A stretch of 64,000 bases of DNA from an uncultured virus (IMG/VR IMGVR_UViG_3300001255_000001) (Duplodnaviria; Heunggongvirae; Uroviricota; Caudoviricetes): positions 1-64,000 of the IMG/VR virus record IMGVR_UViG_3300001255_000001; one strand, given 5' to 3'. The first letter of the stretch is position 1. Each line of letters opens with the position of its first letter. Below are positions 34,898-45,135 of the stretch, piece by piece. Under the pieces are notes generated by a model. The model ran no database searches. It was given only the letters and a program-made list of their open reading frames with translations, and was not told the DNA's origin. The position numbers and the translations under genes are program-made.

Positions 34898-35429
34898 CTG
34901 AAGTTTTTTCTAAAATTATAATTGGCTCTACAATACCAGTTATTTGAGAAAGCCTTTTTGCTACTTCTATTTTACAATGGTTGCAGCTTGAAGTAACTTC
35001 TTTTAATATGCCAACAAGCATCTCTTGCTTTCTTTCTGTTTCCAATATCTGAGATGCCATTTCATTATTTTCAAGTACGCCGACTGACTGAAGCATAGCA
35101 ATTCTTTTTGTCTCTATGTCTGCAATAAGCTTAAGTGTTCCAGACTTAACGTTTAGTTGCCCTTGTGTATCTGCATCCTCAACCGTTTTCCATGCTTCTT
35201 TAATTAACATATCATAATGTTGATCTGCTCCCAGCAAAGCCTCTCTGGCCCTGTCCCTAACATTTGTATCATTATGGACAATAGACTTCCACTCATCTAT
35301 ATGCTCAAGAACTTCTTTACGGGTAAGCCCAGTAATAGATGCTATTTGGGTGGCAGAATTACCCTTTAATAGCTCAGAAACGACTCTGTTCATTTTGTCG
35401 AATTGTACTGCTGGCTCTATTTCGCTCAT
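34890..35429 (-). CDS. putative terminase small subunit (HTH + helical)
   Basis: N-terminal HTH (SATQIASITGLTRKEV); position upstream of terL. Confidence 0.6.
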   Translation of the reverse strand: MSEIEPAVQFDKMNRVVSELLKGNSATQIASITGLTRKEVLEHIDEWKSIVHNDTNVRDRAREALLGADQHYDMLIKEAWKTVEDADTQGQLNVKSGTLKLIADIETKRIAMLQSVGVLENNEMASQILETERKQEMLVGILKEVTSSCNHCKIEVAKRLSQITGIVEPIIILEKTSDV

Positions 35430-35464
35430 AAAATAATTATACTTCTAGTCAACTAAAAAGTCAA

Positions 35465-35611
35465 TTAGCGTTTGATCTTTAGTTTAAATTTATCTATATA
35501 TCTCTGTATAGTCATGTGTGACACAGAGCACTCTGTGGCTATTTCGACTATTGTTTTTTTCTGTACAACGTATCTATTGTATAGCCAGTCTTTATTTTGG
35601 TATAATTTCAT
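35465..35611 (-). CDS. 48-aa HTH DNA-binding protein
   Basis: YQNKDWLYNRY..QKKTIVEIATECSVSHMTIQRY (own translation). Confidence 0.75.
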   Translation of the reverse strand: MKLYQNKDWLYNRYVVQKKTIVEIATECSVSHMTIQRYIDKFKLKIKR

Positions 35612-36174
35612 CTTTTTGTTAGCACCTGATTTGAATAATGTGCAATACCAAATGCATCTGCAACATCAAAATCATCTAATAAAATTGAATATTTTTTATT
35701 AAAGTAGTCTGCAGTTCTTTGCTTTCTCATATTCCTTAGCTGATTCTTGTACCAAGAGTCTGCGTAGCCTGGATTTTTTATTCTTATCCCAGCCTTTTCT
35801 TCTTTTGTAGGATTTTTATTTCCTATATAAGACTGCCAGGCACTTGGAGATATTGTTATAACTTCAGCACCAGTAGACATTAGCTCTGCAATAACAACAC
35901 CATATACATATGAAAGCTTAATAACAGCATCCGCTGATCTAACAAGAACTGCACCCTCTACTACGATATAGTCTGCCTTGAGCTCATCAAGCATGGCTGA
36001 AGTCTTTACCTTGGCATCATATATCTTTTGATATATGTCGTTGCCAACAATATTAAATTTTCCCCACTTTAGTGGTATGTCGTTTTCCATTAGGCAGAAG
36101 GCTACGGAGTTTGTAGACGCATCTATGCCTAATACCCTATTAGCTTTTGTTTTTACAAGGCTAGCCAATGTCAT
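35608..36174 (-). CDS. RuvC-like Holliday junction resolvase
   Basis: VLGIDAS, VVE and DVADAFGIA motifs. Confidence 0.85.
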   Translation of the reverse strand: MTLASLVKTKANRVLGIDASTNSVAFCLMENDIPLKWGKFNIVGNDIYQKIYDAKVKTSAMLDELKADYIVVEGAVLVRSADAVIKLSYVYGVVIAELMSTGAEVITISPSAWQSYIGNKNPTKEEKAGIRIKNPGYADSWYKNQLRNMRKQRTADYFNKKYSILLDDFDVADAFGIAHYSNQVLTKR

Positions 36175-36439
36175 CTATGATGCCCATCAAATCTTTTTTA
36201 AACTTTGAGTCCTTAGACTTTATACATTTGGCACAGTAAGGCTGGTCATTGTATCTACTTAAAAAACCACTGCAGCCCTTGCATTTTCTGGGCGCACCAT
36301 TTTTAATTGCTTTTTTTTCGTAATACTTTTCCATTATTCTTTTATTAGTTGACACTCTACAGCATTCATCTGAACAGTATTTTTGGTTATGAGTTTTTGC
36401 AATAAATTCTTTTTTACATTCTGAATTTAAACACACCAT
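36161..36439 (-). CDS. Cys-rich hypothetical protein
   Basis: C..C..F....NQKYCSDEC; second Cys cluster. Confidence 0.7.
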   Translation of the reverse strand: MVCLNSECKKEFIAKTHNQKYCSDECCRVSTNKRIMEKYYEKKAIKNGAPRKCKGCSGFLSRYNDQPYCAKCIKSKDSKFKKDLMGIIDDIG

Positions 36440-37227
36440 TACTTTACTACCTTCATTAGATCTATTGTTATGTCCCCAGGGTCTGATCCCTTTGCCCAGC
36501 ATTCCTTTTTAACAGGACAATATGTGCAAGGTAGCTTGTACTTAGTTGCGCCTTCTGGTCTAGTAGGAAGAGATCCGTTTTGGAAATTATCCCAGACATC
36601 TCTCATCCACTGAAAAGCATCCTCAATAATCTTTTTGTTTTTATCGTTCATAGAAATTGGTATTATTAATACCTCTTGGGTATTCTTATTTTCATACAAG
36701 AAGAAGCCTTCTTTGGCATTCTTCAGCTTCATATATGTAAGTAGCTGCAGCATATGGTTGGGGGAAGACTTCATCTCTGCTTGTCTTGTATCCCACACCT
36801 CTTGTTTAGCTGTTTTAATTTCACCTATAACGGTCTCACCATCATACTCCATAATCAAGTCTATAAATCCACGGATCGGAGGATACTCGTTAATTATTTC
36901 TTCTTCTTCTGCCCGCCATTCAGGCATAGTCTTAATTAAATTCTGTAATCTTTCATGTGCTTGCGTTCCCTGTGCCATGTTGGCCACAGCAACTGCGTCA
37001 TTATCATCAATAAAAACTGCACCAGTAAATGCCATGTACCAATATCTTGGACAGGTGCCATGGCCATATCCTAATGAGCTTGGACTAAAAGATTTCTTTG
37101 TGGTATCCCCATCTGGACGTTTAGTATTTCTGTATGACTCGTCAAGAAGTTGTGCAAATTTTTCTGGGTCAAAGAAGTTGCCGATATGCTTTTTAAATTT
37201 TAAATTCTTTACAATATCTCTAGCCAT
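36439..37227 (-). CDS. Cas4-like PD-(D/E)XK exonuclease
   Basis: CPR.W, GFID, EIKT, QLLTY and C-terminal CTYCPVKKEC. Confidence 0.85.
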   Translation of the reverse strand: MARDIVKNLKFKKHIGNFFDPEKFAQLLDESYRNTKRPDGDTTKKSFSPSSLGYGHGTCPRYWYMAFTGAVFIDDNDAVAVANMAQGTQAHERLQNLIKTMPEWRAEEEEIINEYPPIRGFIDLIMEYDGETVIGEIKTAKQEVWDTRQAEMKSSPNHMLQLLTYMKLKNAKEGFFLYENKNTQEVLIIPISMNDKNKKIIEDAFQWMRDVWDNFQNGSLPTRPEGATKYKLPCTYCPVKKECWAKGSDPGDITIDLMKVVK

Positions 37228-37563
37228 TTATGAATTGTACCTAACGACATACTTAAGTGCATCTACAAGTTTGTCTATGGACTCCTTTAATGAATAGTAA
37301 ATATTCTTTTTATTATTGTTAGCTGTGCCAGCTTTATCTTTAGCAATAGTTGAATAAACGGAAGCAAGCACAGCAAATTTAGTTGACATTGCTTGCAGCT
37401 CCATAATTAAATGTGGTGCTTTTGCAGATGGTACATCTGGATTCATCAATAGCTTTACTACTATAGCAAGGGCTTTATCTAGATGATCATCTTGCATAAA
37501 ATCATGCAAGTCATTAAACTCAGTTATATCACTTATAAGCTGCAACGTATTTTTATCTTCCAC
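37228..37563 (-). CDS. hypothetical helical protein
   Basis: GTG start; lies in the recombination operon. Confidence 0.7.
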   Translation of the reverse strand: MEDKNTLQLISDITEFNDLHDFMQDDHLDKALAIVVKLLMNPDVPSAKAPHLIMELQAMSTKFAVLASVYSTIAKDKAGTANNNKKNIYYSLKESIDKLVDALKYVVRYNS

Positions 37564-37609
37564 TTTATCCAACCATTCTTTATTATTAAAACCCAGCCCA
37601 GTGCTGATA

Positions 37610-38299
37610 TTACTCGTTCTCATACTTTACGTGTAAATTTATGCTATCTACTTCGTGCTTGCCAATGCTCTCGCCCCTATGGTTTATTGCTTTTTTATAC
37701 ATTCTGGGTCTTATTCCTTGAGAGTTTAAATCCTTTAGGTATTCCATGTACTCTGTGCTATCTTGAATACTCTCAAATGGCCAAACTACATTTTTAATAT
37801 TAATGACAGAATCCTGTATAGATGCAAGTGATATCGGGAGTATGCAAGCTATATTTGTTCCAGCTGGCACAAAATATTCTTTATCTGGCGTGTCAAGCTT
37901 CCAAACAACAGAAAATGTTCCAGTAAATACAGAGGTAGAAAGTATTGTGCTTAGAACCTCTGCACCTTCTATTTTTTCATTTGGCACAGTCATTGTTACT
38001 ATGCTTGTGTTCTCATCTGTTTTTAAAATAAGATTTGTTACAAAGCTTACTGTGCCCTCTCCTCTGCCAACCCATATGCTTTCTTCACCTATAATCCCTC
38101 TTGCCCCATCTTCTCTTGATCCATCCCAAATAAAAGATATGTCGTGATCAAAATATATTCCATACCCTAAAGTATTTGCCATGCCGATTGGGTGGCAGTT
38201 ATATGTATAAGAATGCATCCAATCTCTTTTGATTGGAAGTGGTCTTATTTTTGCCGTTGGCTTTAATGGATTGTCTATGTAAGCATCTATGTTATGCAT
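37610..38299 (-). CDS. DUF6065-like protein
   Basis: RDWM...YNCHP..MAN..GY pattern. Confidence 0.6.
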   Translation of the reverse strand: MHNIDAYIDNPLKPTAKIRPLPIKRDWMHSYTYNCHPIGMANTLGYGIYFDHDISFIWDGSREDGARGIIGEESIWVGRGEGTVSFVTNLILKTDENTSIVTMTVPNEKIEGAEVLSTILSTSVFTGTFSVVWKLDTPDKEYFVPAGTNIACILPISLASIQDSVINIKNVVWPFESIQDSTEYMEYLKDLNSQGIRPRMYKKAINHRGESIGKHEVDSINLHVKYENE

Positions 38300-38597
38300 T
38301 ATTGTCCTCCCAGAATCTAATGAGCTCTTCTAAAACTGCCCACTCTATTATACCAAGCCTTACTTTACTTTCTGATCCTATAATTATTTTTAGTGCTGGG
38401 TGCATGTCTCTATTTACCTTAAAGGTATCAGTGCATATTTTTGCCCAAACATCTTTGTTTAAAGTAAATGTAGAGCCAGCCTCTTTATAATCAACAAGGA
38501 ATTGCTTCCATTGAGCATCACCTTTCTGATAGTCCCCTCTTCCACTGTTCTTTTGAGCCTTTGCTCCATCTCTTTTTACTTCAGATCTTTCTGACAT
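38292..38597 (-). CDS. small PD-(D/E)XK resolvase-like protein
   Basis: NSGRG..KGDA....LVDYKE. Confidence 0.7.
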   Translation of the reverse strand: MSERSEVKRDGAKAQKNSGRGDYQKGDAQWKQFLVDYKEAGSTFTLNKDVWAKICTDTFKVNRDMHPALKIIIGSESKVRLGIIEWAVLEELIRFWEDNNA

Positions 38598-38598
38598 A

Positions 38599-39444
38599 TT
38601 ATTCCTTTACTTCTATTACATTAGATGGTATAGAAAGCTTTATAGTCTGCAAGTCTTTTTCAACATAAGATTCTTCTGTAGTAACATTAAGAAGGTGGTC
38701 CGACAACTCATACTTTTTTGTCCATTCAACTTCACCAGAAACCTCAGAGTCAATAAATGCTCTTAGGAAGTATCTATCCGATTTACTAAATGGCTTTACC
38801 CCATGATAAAATGGCTCAGTTGAAGGCATAATTACTGCGTCGCCAGGCATTGGCTTATACATATATGTATTGTTTGAAATTGAATCGTAAACACATATCT
38901 CTCCGCCATCATATTCATCGTTTAAATAAAAGTTAACTGTTGCAACGTGCCTATTTATTTTGGTTTCTCCAGGAACTGGAAGTTCATCTACATGATACTC
39001 CATTATCAGACCAGAAGGATTAACCTTGCCTTGAGCTTTTACATCATATCTAAAAAAATCAATCCAGTATTTTTTATTAACATCTTTAAGTAAGCCCCAG
39101 TCTTTTATAAATGATGGCCAAATACCATTTTTTTCATCGAAATCACTTAAATAGTCTTCTCTTATAAATTTCATGCACCTGTTAATCTCAAGGATGTACT
39201 CTTTTTCTTTGTTAAGAAATACATCTGTTCCAGGGTCTATGCTTTCCAACAATGCGAAGTCTGCATCTCTTCTGTAACCTTGGCCGTACCAATCTCTCCA
39301 GTTATTAAAAAATGAAGGGTCTCTGTTTTCTTTAAGCAGATCTATTATTTCTTTGCTGTGTTTAAATATGTTTTTATATATAACAATTTGTGGAGCCACA
39401 ATTATTTTTTTTACATCTTGAAATTCTAAATTCATTTTAACCAA
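38599..39444 (-). CDS. 2OG-Fe(II) oxygenase
   Basis: HVD...FYLNDEYDGGEI...YHGV...DRY. Confidence 0.88.
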   Translation of the reverse strand: MVKMNLEFQDVKKIIVAPQIVIYKNIFKHSKEIIDLLKENRDPSFFNNWRDWYGQGYRRDADFALLESIDPGTDVFLNKEKEYILEINRCMKFIREDYLSDFDEKNGIWPSFIKDWGLLKDVNKKYWIDFFRYDVKAQGKVNPSGLIMEYHVDELPVPGETKINRHVATVNFYLNDEYDGGEICVYDSISNNTYMYKPMPGDAVIMPSTEPFYHGVKPFSKSDRYFLRAFIDSEVSGEVEWTKKYELSDHLLNVTTEESYVEKDLQTIKLSIPSNVIEVKE

Positions 39445-39625
39445 CCTTTACTTCGTTAAGGTGTCCATCTGGACACTCCCAAGCAAGCACCATAGACTCT
39501 GAATCCCAAAACGACTCTTCAGAATTTTTATCGCATTTGAAACATGGCTTAGAGCCAACTATTACCTCTAAATTATTTTTTTTAGGCTGCTCTGGCTTAT
39601 TAAAAAATTCATTAAGATTTGGCAT
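39437..39625 (-). CDS. small Zn-ribbon protein
   Basis: CFKC...WECPDGH. Confidence 0.65.
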   Translation of the reverse strand: MPNLNEFFNKPEQPKKNNLEVIVGSKPCFKCDKNSEESFWDSESMVLAWECPDGHLNEVKVG

Positions 39626-40616
39626 TTATTTCCTGAATAAGCTTTCCAGATACTTCTGGATTTTCTCTAAGGTATGCAACTGCTTTTGCTCTACCCTGGA
39701 ATCTCTCACCATTAATTGTATACCATGCTCCGCCCTTTTCTATTAGGCCATACATCTCTGCAACATCTAAAGTTTCTCCTATGCGATCAACGCCTAGGTT
39801 CTCTCCTTGGTAATAGAAGTCGTATTGTCCTGAAAGATTAGGGGGGCCGAGCTTGTTGTAATCAATAATCCAATTGACTGGCCTGCCAACTCTTTGTTCA
39901 ATGATTTTGTCACCAACCGCAACACCAGCTTTAATAGCATTAGCTTCAGCTTCCGAAGACCATAACTTAATGACTGTGGAAGAGAAGAACTTAACTGCCA
40001 TTCCTCCTGTCGGAATGTGGGAGGCATGCATAGATCCAAATTGATTTCTTTGCTGTGAGATGAGAACCAGTAATGTATTTTTGTTTGCATAGTTTAACAT
40101 TTTGACTGCATGAGTCATATCCTTTGCTTCTGCACCGATTTGCTTAGTGTCTTGCAAATCTTTCATTTCATTTCCGTCTTTTTCAAAATATATTCCAGGA
40201 AGTAAGGCTGAGATAGAATCTACAACAATAACATCCACTCCTGCTTCCATTAATTTAACGCCAACGTCTACCATATCATTAACAGTCTTAGCCTGAGAAT
40301 AAATAAGAGAAGATGAATCTACTCCAAGCTGCTCTGCCCACTTCTGATCATAAGATGCTTCTGCATCAATCCAGGCACACGTCTTTCCTTCTTGTTGAGC
40401 CAATGCTATCATTTGTAGACAGAATGAAGATTTACCAGCAGACTTGTTTCCCCATACAAGGACCTGTCTACCGTACCCAAGACCACCTTTTAGTGCTACG
40501 TTTAGACCGATGCTTGGTGTCAATTGCTTGTGTACTTTTACATTTTGAGCCGATTGAACTCTTGCACGGGTCTTTGGGTCTAGCTTTGCCATTATATCTT
40601 CTAATGAAATAGTCAT
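39612..40616 (-). CDS. recA: RecA/UvsX recombinase
   Basis: GNKSAGKS, WIDAE, VVDSI, TGG..KF and GAWY motifs. Confidence 0.95.
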   Translation of the reverse strand: MTISLEDIMAKLDPKTRARVQSAQNVKVHKQLTPSIGLNVALKGGLGYGRQVLVWGNKSAGKSSFCLQMIALAQQEGKTCAWIDAEASYDQKWAEQLGVDSSSLIYSQAKTVNDMVDVGVKLMEAGVDVIVVDSISALLPGIYFEKDGNEMKDLQDTKQIGAEAKDMTHAVKMLNYANKNTLLVLISQQRNQFGSMHASHIPTGGMAVKFFSSTVIKLWSSEAEANAIKAGVAVGDKIIEQRVGRPVNWIIDYNKLGPPNLSGQYDFYYQGENLGVDRIGETLDVAEMYGLIEKGGAWYTINGERFQGRAKAVAYLRENPEVSGKLIQEINAKS

Positions 40617-40673
40617 ATTTAATCTTTCTTCTCTCTAATAGTATAGCATTAAAATAAAGCTTTGTGAATCCTT

Positions 40674-40871
40674 TTAATCTTTTATTTTTAACTTAAATGT
40701 GAATGATTGACTTGTTTCGTCATAATCAACTTGCAATTCTTTGTCTTCATTTTCTGCGTTTACTACTGTCATTATTGGTATAGATATCTCCCCTAATGTT
40801 TCTAGGGCAGCAACTAAAATTCTTGAAACATTTAGCTGTGCAAATACATCTTCAATTTTTGCTTCTGTCAT
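40674..40871 (-). CDS. hypothetical protein
   Basis: Coupled to dnaE. Confidence 0.7.
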   Translation of the reverse strand: MTEAKIEDVFAQLNVSRILVAALETLGEISIPIMTVVNAENEDKELQVDYDETSQSFTFKLKIKD

Positions 40872-43800
40872 TTTATTTCCTTTACGTTTAATGTTCCATC
40901 ATCTAGTTTTGATAGAACCACCTTACATTTCATACCCTCACGCATTTTTGCTAAAGTCATCTTGTACATTGTTGGAAATGCAATTGCTCTAGTTAAAACT
41001 TTGTTCCTGTCAGAAAGAACTATGTGGCTCATTGTTTTCCCAGCCTTTGTTGTGTATGGGGTAAAATTAACTACAATATATTCATCTTCTTCTAGGTCAT
41101 ATTCTTTTCTATATAAATAGTCTACAAACATATCGTTAGACGACGGGTCAATTTCTGACACCTTAATGTATCTAGCAATTCTATTATCTCCAACTAAAAT
41201 AAAATACATCTGGCCAACTTCAATTTGAGTTTGTTCATTGTGAAATAGACCAATAGATCCAGTCTCATCGACAATCTCTACTCGTGCCCATCCAGTACCA
41301 CGCTTGATACCCTTTACCATTCCAAACATAACAAATGAACCAAGGTCGTCAAACTCTTCAATCGGCCTAGCCTGAGCCTTTACTCTTGGTGGGATCCCCT
41401 CTAAGTTAAATGTAGGTATGCCCAGATACTCATAGTAGTTATCTTTTTCATTTCCGTTTCTTAAGTTATCTTTAAATGCTGCTGCTCCAATTGCATTTAG
41501 TGAACTTATTGCTCTGCTATTTATACCACTGCCTTTAGCAGAAGCAATTGAAATAAAGTGTTCATAGCTCTTATAAGGCCTATGATCAATAATCTTATTT
41601 GAAATATTATCTGATATAAATTTAACTTCAGAAAGCCCAAAGCGTATAGCGTTGTCTTGAAGAGAAAAATAAAGCTCTGATTCATTGATGTGCGGCAATA
41701 AAACTTTTAATCCAAGTCTCTTCGACTCAATTAAATATTCCGTCCTAGCATCTTTATCGTTTTCGTTTTTAAGAATCGAAAACATAAACTCAAGTGGGTA
41801 ATAAAACTTAAGCCAAGCAGTATAATAACTAAGCATAGAGTAAGCAACAGCATGGGAACGGTTAAAAGAATAACCAGCATGCGCTTCAAAATCGTGCCAT
41901 AGCGCTTCTGCTTTTTTCTTAGTAATGTGTTCTGAAGCCCCAGTAACAAACCTATCTTTGAACTGGTCAAATTCTTTTGCATCTTTTTTCTTTCCAATAA
42001 TCTTGCGGACCTTATCAGCCTCTGCCCAAGTCATTCCACCCAAGTGTACGCATGCCTGCATAACTTGCTCTTGATATATAATAACACCATAAGTGTTCTC
42101 GGTAAATGGCTTCATGATTGTGTGCATATAATCTACAGCTTCATTGCCTTGCTTACGCTTGATATAGGCAGCCCCTACGGTATTCATGGCACCTGGCCTT
42201 ACTAGTGCATTAGATGCAACTAGATCTTCAAACTTGTCTGTTCCCATCTTAATAAGAAGGTTAGTGTATGGTGTTGCTTCAGCTTGGAATACTCCCTTAG
42301 TAAAGCCTTCGCTAAGCATCTTGTAAACTTCTGGATCATCAAGAGTTAAATCAGACAGCACTATATCCTTGCCAGTTCTAGATTTTATTGATTTAAGTGT
42401 ATCTGAAATAACGGATAGAGTTTTTAGTCCCAACGCATCTAGCTTGATGAGACCAATATCCGCAACAGTATCCATATCATAGGCAACTACAGGAATTCTT
42501 CCTGAAACTTTATCCTGTGCATCTTCTCTTGATTCAACGGGAGCAAACTTTCTAAGGTCATCTTTAGCTACAACAACTCCAGCTGCATGCACTCCAACAG
42601 ATCTAATTCTTCCACGCAATCTATCTGCAAGCCAAACAACTTCTGGGTACTTGGCTCTAAACTCTTTTGTGTTTGGTGAAGAAACAAAGTCTTCAAAGGT
42701 GTCAATTGATTTCATTGCACGATTAACTTCTTGCAGTGGAACCATAAAAATTCGTGCTGCATCTCGGATTACACCTTTATCTTTAAAATAAGTGTAAGTT
42801 GAAATAGAAGCAACGTGTTTAAATTTTTTCTTAAGGTATTCCTTTACCTCTTTACGACGACGATCTTCAAAGTCTGTATCGATATCTGGAAAGTCATTAC
42901 GCTCTGGATTAATAAATCTAAAAAACAAAAGGTCATATTTAATTGGATCTACATCAGTTATTCCTAATGCGTAACAAACTAAAGATCCTGCGGCAGAGCC
43001 ACGGCCTGGACCCACACGGATATCGTTTGTTTTAGCCCAATCAATCATGTCTGCAATCACTAAAAAATACGATGCAAAACTCTTAGATGCAATAACCGAA
43101 AGCTCTTCTTCTACTCTATCGATATATGCCTGATTATTTGAGAATCCAAGCTTATCTATTCCAGAATATGCCATCTCACGAAGCTTGTCGTCTGCATCTG
43201 TTTTTGGAACTGGAAGCAGATCAAGTCCTTGATGGAAGTCGTAGTCTTCAATCTTATCTGCAATCTCCATTGTGTTTTCATATATGTCTGTGCGAGAAAT
43301 TCCAGCAGCATTAAAGTCTGCTTCAATCTCTTCTCTAGACTGAATGAAAAGGTTGTAATCCTGAAAAGAAATTCTGCGGTCTGGATATAGATAATTAAAT
43401 CTTTCCATCATGTCTTTAATGTTACGAGACATTTCAAAGTCTGATTCCTTATCAATCTTTGGAGATGTAGAAAGGATAAGTAGCGCTTCTTCTAACACCC
43501 TATCTTCTTCTTTAGCAAAGTGGGCATCTCCTGTTGCCACCGCCTTAATTTTTAATTCATCTGCCAACTCTAAGAGCTTGGCGTTTATTTCTGGCGGGTT
43601 GTGAGATTGAACCTCAATATAAAAATCTTCATTAAAAGTTTGTTTAAAATCTTTGAGTACAAGTTTTGCTTCTGAGAATTCTCCACGCTCAATAGCTTTG
43701 CTAATAAGGCCGTTGAGGCATCCAGACAAAACGATAACACCTTCAGCATATTCTTTTAAAACCTCTCTGTCGATACGTGGCTTGTGATAAAATCCCTCAT

Positions 43801-44137
43801 TCCAAGCAAGCTCCTGAAGAATATTAATATTCTCCAACCCCTTTTTATTTTTCGCTAGCAAAATAATATGGTTATAGGCTTGGATAGATTTATCTGTTTT
43901 TGAAGATCTATCAAACCTATCGGTTGGAGAAATGTACGCCTCAACACCAAGAATCGGCTTAATGCCAATTTCCTTTGCGGCAATCTGCATATCTCTGTGT
44001 GACGAGAGAGTACCATGGTCTGTGATTGCAATCGCAGTCTGCCCAGCATCTAACGCTGCTTGACATAATTCTTTAGGTGAATTTAGTCCATCCATTAATG
44101 AATAATAGGAGTGAACATGTAGGTGTGTAAAACTCAT
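40868..44137 (-). CDS. dnaE: DNA polymerase III alpha subunit
   Basis: PHP HLHVHSYYS/TDHG; GRGSAAGS, PDIDTDF and YSFNRSHA motifs. Confidence 0.97.
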   Translation of the reverse strand: MSFTHLHVHSYYSLMDGLNSPKELCQAALDAGQTAIAITDHGTLSSHRDMQIAAKEIGIKPILGVEAYISPTDRFDRSSKTDKSIQAYNHIILLAKNKKGLENINILQELAWNEGFYHKPRIDREVLKEYAEGVIVLSGCLNGLISKAIERGEFSEAKLVLKDFKQTFNEDFYIEVQSHNPPEINAKLLELADELKIKAVATGDAHFAKEEDRVLEEALLILSTSPKIDKESDFEMSRNIKDMMERFNYLYPDRRISFQDYNLFIQSREEIEADFNAAGISRTDIYENTMEIADKIEDYDFHQGLDLLPVPKTDADDKLREMAYSGIDKLGFSNNQAYIDRVEEELSVIASKSFASYFLVIADMIDWAKTNDIRVGPGRGSAAGSLVCYALGITDVDPIKYDLLFFRFINPERNDFPDIDTDFEDRRRKEVKEYLKKKFKHVASISTYTYFKDKGVIRDAARIFMVPLQEVNRAMKSIDTFEDFVSSPNTKEFRAKYPEVVWLADRLRGRIRSVGVHAAGVVVAKDDLRKFAPVESREDAQDKVSGRIPVVAYDMDTVADIGLIKLDALGLKTLSVISDTLKSIKSRTGKDIVLSDLTLDDPEVYKMLSEGFTKGVFQAEATPYTNLLIKMGTDKFEDLVASNALVRPGAMNTVGAAYIKRKQGNEAVDYMHTIMKPFTENTYGVIIYQEQVMQACVHLGGMTWAEADKVRKIIGKKKDAKEFDQFKDRFVTGASEHITKKKAEALWHDFEAHAGYSFNRSHAVAYSMLSYYTAWLKFYYPLEFMFSILKNENDKDARTEYLIESKRLGLKVLLPHINESELYFSLQDNAIRFGLSEVKFISDNISNKIIDHRPYKSYEHFISIASAKGSGINSRAISSLNAIGAAAFKDNLRNGNEKDNYYEYLGIPTFNLEGIPPRVKAQARPIEEFDDLGSFVMFGMVKGIKRGTGWARVEIVDETGSIGLFHNEQTQIEVGQMYFILVGDNRIARYIKVSEIDPSSNDMFVDYLYRKEYDLEEDEYIVVNFTPYTTKAGKTMSHIVLSDRNKVLTRAIAFPTMYKMTLAKMREGMKCKVVLSKLDDGTLNVKEIK

Positions 44138-44343
44138 TAGTATCCGCCACAACATTCATTTCTAGTATGATAAAGTCTAATCTTTGTCAATGTTTTTTTA
44201 TTTGGTGCGTAAAGATCTTCTTTGCAACAACCACATTTCATATGCCATTCTTTAGCAAAGAAATCGTAGACAGCGCCTACATAATTTTTGTACTTGTTAT
44301 ATACAAAAGTTTCAAACGGGTCTGGTATTTCGTAAGAAATCAT
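44137..44343 (-). CDS. hypothetical protein
   Basis: Coupled ORF. Confidence 0.7.
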   Translation of the reverse strand: MISYEIPDPFETFVYNKYKNYVGAVYDFFAKEWHMKCGCCKEDLYAPNKKTLTKIRLYHTRNECCGGY

Positions 44344-44365
44344 ATTGCTATTTTACTAAATAATG

Positions 44366-44391
44366 CAGGGGCAGTCAATAGACTGCCCCTG
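44366..44391 (-). terminator. hairpin terminator
   Basis: Perfect 11-bp stem CAGGGGCAGTC/GACTGCCCCTG after the SSB stop. Confidence 0.75.
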
Positions 44392-44402
44392 ACAATAAAT
44401 AG

Positions 44403-45080
44403 TTACCAGACTAGGCTGCTGTCTGAGTCTGAAGAAGACGAAGACTCTTGACTTCCGCCTTCTCCGTTAAAGAACGCTTCTTGCTCTGTGTATGGCAGGT
44501 CACGGATTGCAGTTGTTTCTAAATCGTACAACTCAAGTGCTGATGAGTCGAATGGTGTTTCATCCTTAGCTAAAGGAATGATTGTGTAGCTTGTGTCTGT
44601 CTTAGTTCCAGTACGCTTAATGCGCCACATAAGATTTGTAATTGAGCCCATTTCTCCAGCATACTCAATTAGGGTTGGAGTAATAGTCTTTCCACTTGAA
44701 CCCTGAGAAAGAATAGCTACGTAAGGCTCTTCTTTCCCGTCATCAATTAAGACATTCATGTAAAGTCTTGAACGACCCTTCCAGCCCGCCTTATAATCTT
44801 TGCGGTGTTGTTCGCAACCGTAGCATTTGCCTTGATCTTCCATTGAGCAAAGTGCCTTGCGCTTGTAATCTTTAGGGTTAGTGTGCTCTACGGCAATAAA
44901 TCCCAAACCTTTTGACTCGTCATATGTAGGTGAGTCTGGGTCAAGCTCTTGCAAGAAACGAACCTTTACGCTCTCTGCATCTTCTAGCTTTGCCCAACGT
45001 GCTTTTGTTCCATCGCTTTCGCTATACGAAGGCTTATCCATTACTTGATTTAATCCTTTTAGTCCTTTTACAATACCCAC
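44403..45080 (-). CDS. single-stranded DNA-binding protein (gp32-like)
   Basis: KVRFL, H..C..CYGC Zn ligands, RTG..TDTSY and acidic tail; replication context. Confidence 0.75.
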   Translation of the reverse strand: MGIVKGLKGLNQVMDKPSYSESDGTKARWAKLEDAESVKVRFLQELDPDSPTYDESKGLGFIAVEHTNPKDYKRKALCSMEDQGKCYGCEQHRKDYKAGWKGRSRLYMNVLIDDGKEEPYVAILSQGSSGKTITPTLIEYAGEMGSITNLMWRIKRTGTKTDTSYTIIPLAKDETPFDSSALELYDLETTAIRDLPYTEQEAFFNGEGGSQESSSSSDSDSSLVW

Positions 45081-45135
45081 CTGTATCCTCTTTTCTTATA
45101 GTTGATGGTATAGATCCATCTGTCTGTTTAGTATA

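Noticed and set aside
36439..37227. Cas4-like gene as a sign of a CRISPR-Cas system
   Set aside because: No other cas genes or array were seen; it sits among recombination genes as a solo exonuclease.
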